Positions 59,701 through 64,000 of a DNA stretch of 64,000 bases are shown in pieces; positions within the stretch are counted from its first letter, which is position 1; every line of letters starts with the position of its first letter. The translations under genes were made by a program, and so were the position numbers. The notes under the pieces are model-generated. The model did no database searches. It had not been told where the DNA came from and worked only from the letters and a program-made list of their open reading frames with translations. Source of the stretch: Macrostomum lignano (taxonomy: Eukaryota); assembly GCA_002269645.1 (NCBI GenBank), contig NIVC01000532.1, forward strand, positions 323,822-387,821, written 5' to 3'.

Positions 59701-62500
59701 TAGAGGGGTAAATAAGTGGCAATTATTCTGGTGTAGAGGGGTGGATAAGGGGAATTATTCTGGTGTAGAGGGTGATAAGGGGAATTATTCTGGTTTAGAG
59801 GGGTGGATAAGGGGCAATTATTCTGGATTAGAGGGGTGGATAAGTGGCAATCATTCTGGTGTAGAGGGATGGATAAGTGGCAATTATTCTGGTGTAGAGG
59901 GATAGATAAGGGGCAATCATTCTGGTGTAGAGGGATAGATAAGGGGCAATTATTCTGGTGTAGAGGGTAGATAAGGGCAATCATTCTGGTGTAGAGGGAT
60001 AGATAAGGGGCAATTATTCTGGTGTAGTGGGTGGATAAGGGCAATTATTCTGTGTAGAGGGGTAAATAAGTGGCAATTATTCTGGTGTAGAGGGGTGGAT
60101 AAGGGGCAATTATTCTGGTGTAGAGGGTGGATAAGGGGCAATTATTCTGGTGTAGAGGGTGGATAAGGGGAAATTATTCTGGTTTAGAGGGGTGATAAGG
60201 GGCAATTATTCTGGTTAGAGGGGTGGATAAGGGGCAATAATTCTGGTTTAGAGGGGTGGATAAGTGGCAATCATTCTGGTGTAGAGGGATGGATAAGTGG
60301 CAATTATTCTGGTTTAGAGGGGTGGATAAGGGGAAAATATTCTGGTGTAGAGGGGTGGAAAAGGGGCAATTATTCTGGTGTAGAGGGATAGATAAGGGGC
60401 AATCATTCTGGTGTAGAGGGATAGATAAGGGGCAATCATTCTGGTGTAGAGGGATAGATAAGGGGCAATCATTCTGGTGTAGAGGGATAGATAAGGGGCA
60501 ATTATTCTGGTGTAGTGGGGTGGATAAGGGGCAATTATTCTGGTGTAGAGGGGTGGATAAGGGGCAATTATTCTGGTGTAGAGGGGTGGATAAGGGGAAA
60601 TTATTCTGGTTTAGAGGGGTGGATAAGGGGCAATTATTCTGGATTAGAGGGGTGGATAAGTGGCAATCATTCTGGTGTAGAGGGATGGATAAGTGGCAAT
60701 TATTCTGGTTTAGAGGGGTGGATAAGGGGAAATTATTCTGGTGTAGAGGGGTGGATAGGGGGAAATTATTCTGGTGTAGAGGGGTGGATAAGTGGCAATC
60801 ATTCTGGTGTAGAGGGATAGATAAGGGGCAATTATTCTGGTGTAGAGGGGTGGATAAGTGGCAATCATTCTGGTGTAGAGGATAGATAAGGGGCAATTAT
60901 TCTGGTGTAGAGGGGTGGATAAGTGGCAATCATTCTGGTGTAGAGGGATAGATAAGGGGCAATTATTCTGGTTTAGAGGGGTGGATAAGGGGCAATTATT
61001 CTGGTTTAGAGGGGTGGATAAGGGGCAATTATTCTGGTGTAGAGGGATAGATAAGGGGCAATCATTCTGGTGTAGAGGGATAGATAAGGGGCAATCATTC
61101 TGGTGTAGAGGGATAGATAAGGGGGCAATTATTCTGGTTAGAGGGGTAAATAAGTGGCAATTATTCTGGTGTAGAGGGGTGATAAGTGGCAATTATTCTG
61201 GTGTAGATGGGTGATAAGGGGCAATTATTCTGGTTTAGAGGGGTGGATAAGGGGCAATTATTCTGGTGTAGAGGGATAGATATGGGGCAATCATTCTGGT
61301 GTAGAGGGATAGATAAGGGGCAATTATTCTGGTGTAGAGGGGTGGATAAGGGGCAATTATTCTGGTGTAGAGGGGTAAATAAGGGGCAATTATTCTGGTG
61401 TAGAGGGGTGGATAAGGGGCAATTATTCTGGTGTAGAGGGGTGGATAGGGGGAAATTATTCTGGTGTAGAGGGGTGGATAAGTGGCAATCATTCTGGTGT
61501 AGAGGGATAGATAAGGGGCAATTATTCTGGTGTAGAGGGGTGGATAAGTGGCAATCATTCTGGTGTAGAGGGATAGATAAGGGGCAATTATTCTGGTGTA
61601 GAGGGGTGGATAAGTGGCAATCATTCTGGTGTAGAGGGATAGATAAGGGGCAATCATTCTGGTGTAGACGGGTGGATAAGGGGCAATTATTCTGGTGTAG
61701 AGGGGTGGAAAAGGGCAATTATTCTGGTGTAGAGGGATATAAGGGGCAATCATTCTGGTGTAGAGGGATAGATAAGGGGCAATCATTCTGGTGTAGAGGG
61801 ATAGATAAGGGGCAATTATTCTGGTGTAGAGGGTAAATAAGTGGCAATTATTCTGGTGTAGAGGGGTGGATATGGGGCAATTATTCTGGTGTAGATGGGT
61901 GGATAAGGGGCAATTATTCTGGTTTAGAGGGGTGGATAAGGGGCAATTATTCTGGTGTAGAGGGATAGATATGGGGCAATCATTCTGTGTAGAGGGATAG
62001 ATAAGGGCAATTATTCTGGTGTAGAGGGGTGATAAGGGGCAATTATTCTGGTGTAGAGGGGTAAATAAGGGGCAATTATTCTGGTGTAGAGGGGTGGATA
62101 AGGGGCAATTATTCTGGTGTAGAGGGGTGGATAAGGGGCAATTATTCTGGTGTAGAGAGGTAAATAAGTGGCAGTTATTCTGGTGTAGAAGGGTGGATAA
62201 GTGGGCAATTATTCTGGTGTAGAGGGGTGGATAAGGGGCAATTATTCTGGTGTAGAGGGGTGGATAAGGGGCAATTATTCTGGTGTAGAGGGGTGGATAA
62301 GGGCAATTATTCTGGTGTAGAGGGTGGATAAGGGGCAATCATTCTGGTGTAGACGGGTGGATAAGGGGCAATTATTCTGGTGTAGAGGGGTGGATAAGGG
62401 CAATTATTCTGGTGTAGAGGGTGGATAAGGGGCAATCATTCTGGTGTAGACGGGTGGATAAGGGGCAATCATTCTGGTGTAGACGGGTGGATAAGGAGCA
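53768..62500. repeat. 8.7-kb satellite of 33-bp units (GGATAAGGGGCAATTATTCTGGTTTAGAGGGGT)n with higher-order structure
   Basis: About 265 units. The variant pattern recurs at exactly 1089 bp (33 x 33) between 54035 and 55124. Confidence 0.97.
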
Positions 62501-62522
62501 AGTACTATCGCAATAGTACCGC

Positions 62523-62528
62523 TTTATT
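62523..62528 (-). terminator. Candidate polyadenylation signal of the NUDT12/13-like gene
   Basis: TTTATT on plus (AATAAA on minus) about 215 nt after the stop codon. Confidence 0.5.
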
Positions 62529-62743
62529 ATTAATTATAAAATCAGCAGCCTCGTTGGAAGCATTTAATTATAATAATAGTAATATATGTAGCTCTGAGTT
62601 AACAATTGATAAAAGGCTAGACTAGCTGTGAACAGGCGGAGCTGCTAAGCGTATAAACAAATCACGCACAGTTTAAAAAACTTCTCAACAATCTGCTGGA
62701 ATGGAAGCTTTGATAGCTGCATTGCAAGGCAGTTCAGCTTTAG

Positions 62744-62890
62744 CTAGCAGCAGGAATTAAGCCACTCGACAATGAGCTGATGTGCCAACGCAGCCTTTGG
62801 CGGTACAAACCAACGACTGTTGCGTTTCAGCATGTCCGACACCTGGGCCGCGGTGAACCAGTCCGCGAACTCAAGCTCCTCTGTATCCAA
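62744..62890 (-). CDS. Last coding exon of an NADH/NAD-cap diphosphatase-like Nudix hydrolase (NUDT12/NUDT13 family); the gene continues beyond the window
   Basis: After the acceptor tttcag| the frame reads LDTEELEFADWFTAAQVSDMLKRNSRWFVPPKAALAHQLIVEWLNSCC*. This matches the recalled NUDT12/13 C-terminal pattern (E-x-E-x-A-x-WF...PP-x-x-AI-x-HQLI-x-x-W). Confidence 0.8.
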   Translation of the reverse strand: MDTEELEFADWFTAAQVSDMLKRNSRWFVPPKAALAHQLIVEWLNSCC

Positions 62891-62904
62891 CTGAAACCGT
62901 TCGC

Positions 62905-64000
62905 GGGGGATGGGGAATCTGAATTGAAGGATGGGGAATCTGAATTAAAGGATGGGGAATCTGAATTGAAGGATGGGGAATCTGAATTCAAGGATGGGGA
63001 ATCTGAATTGAAGGATGGGGAATCTGAATTAAAGGATGGGGAATCTGAATTGAAGGATGGGGAATCTGAATTCAAGGATGGGGAATCTGAATTGAAGATG
63101 GGGAATCTGAATTCAAGGATGGGGAATACTGAATTCAAGAATGGGGAATCTGAATTGAAGATGGGGAATCTGAACTGAAGGATGGGGAATCTGAATTGAA
63201 GGATGGGGAATCTGAATTCAAGGATGGGGAATCTGAATTCAAGGATGGGGAATCTGAATTGAAGGAATGGGGAATCTGAATTGAAGGATGGGAATCTGAA
63301 TTCAAGGATGGGGAATCTGAATTGAAGGATGGGGAGAATCTGAATTGAAGGATGGGGAATCTGAACTGAAGGATGGGAAATCTGAATTGAAGGATGGGGA
63401 ATCTGAACTGAAGGATGGGAAATCTGAATTGGAAGGATGGGGAATCTGAATTCAAGATGGGGAATCTGAATTAAGGATGGGGAATCTGATTCAAGGATGG
63501 GGAATCTGAATTGAAGGATGGGAGAATCTGAATTGAAGGATGGGGGAATCTGAATTCAAGGATGGGGAATCTGAATTGAAGGATGGGAAACTGAACGAAG
63601 ATGGGAGAATCTAGAATCAGGAATGGAGAATCTGAATTGGAGATTTGGTAATACTGAATCGGGATTGGAGAATCTGAATCAAGGAGTGGAGAATCTGAAT
63701 GAGGAGTGAGAATCTGAATCAGGGGATGGGGAATCTGAATCAGGAGTGGGAATTGAAATCAAGGATGGGGATCTGAATCGAAGGATGGGGAATCTGATTC
63801 AAGGATGGGGAATGAATCTGAATTGAAGGATGGGAGATCTGAATTGAGAGAAGATGGGGAAATCTGAATTCAAGGATGGGGAATCTGAATTGAAGGATAA
63901 GGAATCTGAACTGAAAGGATGGGGAATCTGAATTGAAGGATGGGGAATCTGAATTCAAAGATGGGGAATCTGAATTGAAGGATGGGGAAATCTGAATTCA
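62905..64000. repeat. 21-bp intronic minisatellite (GAAGGATGGGGAATCTGAATT)n
   Basis: Begins ~14 nt from the Nudix exon acceptor and runs off the end of the window. Confidence 0.95.

Overview
Eukaryotic (metazoan) genomic DNA with spliced genes. GC-rich, Ala/Pro/Gln-rich exons separated by minisatellite-filled introns suggest a Macrostomum-like free-living flatworm (inference, not proven). Five host genes were reconstructed by hand from GT-AG junctions and protein motifs: R3HCC1L-like (minus) head-to-head with prohibitin-2 (plus), a 5-exon Tbx2/3 (omb-type) T-box gene, a 3-exon TLNRD1/MESDC1 homologue, and the last exon of a NUDT12/13-like Nudix hydrolase (minus; too short for the ORF track). 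There are three young mobile elements. (1) A 3.47-kb CAC...GTG element with 229-bp TIRs encodes a Chapaev/CMC-type DDE transposase with RAG1/Transib-like motifs; its Zn-binding N-terminus is split off by a 1-nt frameshift. (2) A 1.1-kb element has 302-bp TIRs and an 8-bp TSD. (3) A 1.6-kb non-autonomous LTR element (TG..CA, PBS, PPT, 4-bp TSD) lies just upstream of TLNRD1. About 30 tandem arrays, nearly all with different units, cover roughly 45% of the window, and most long ORFs in the track are artefacts of them. Array patterns worth testing: a private array in 10 of 12 introns, TTAGGG embedded in five unrelated units, about 20 T-box half-site variants upstream of the T-box gene, about 18 sense AATAAA signals inside a T-box intron, and a 1089-bp higher-order period in an 8.7-kb satellite.
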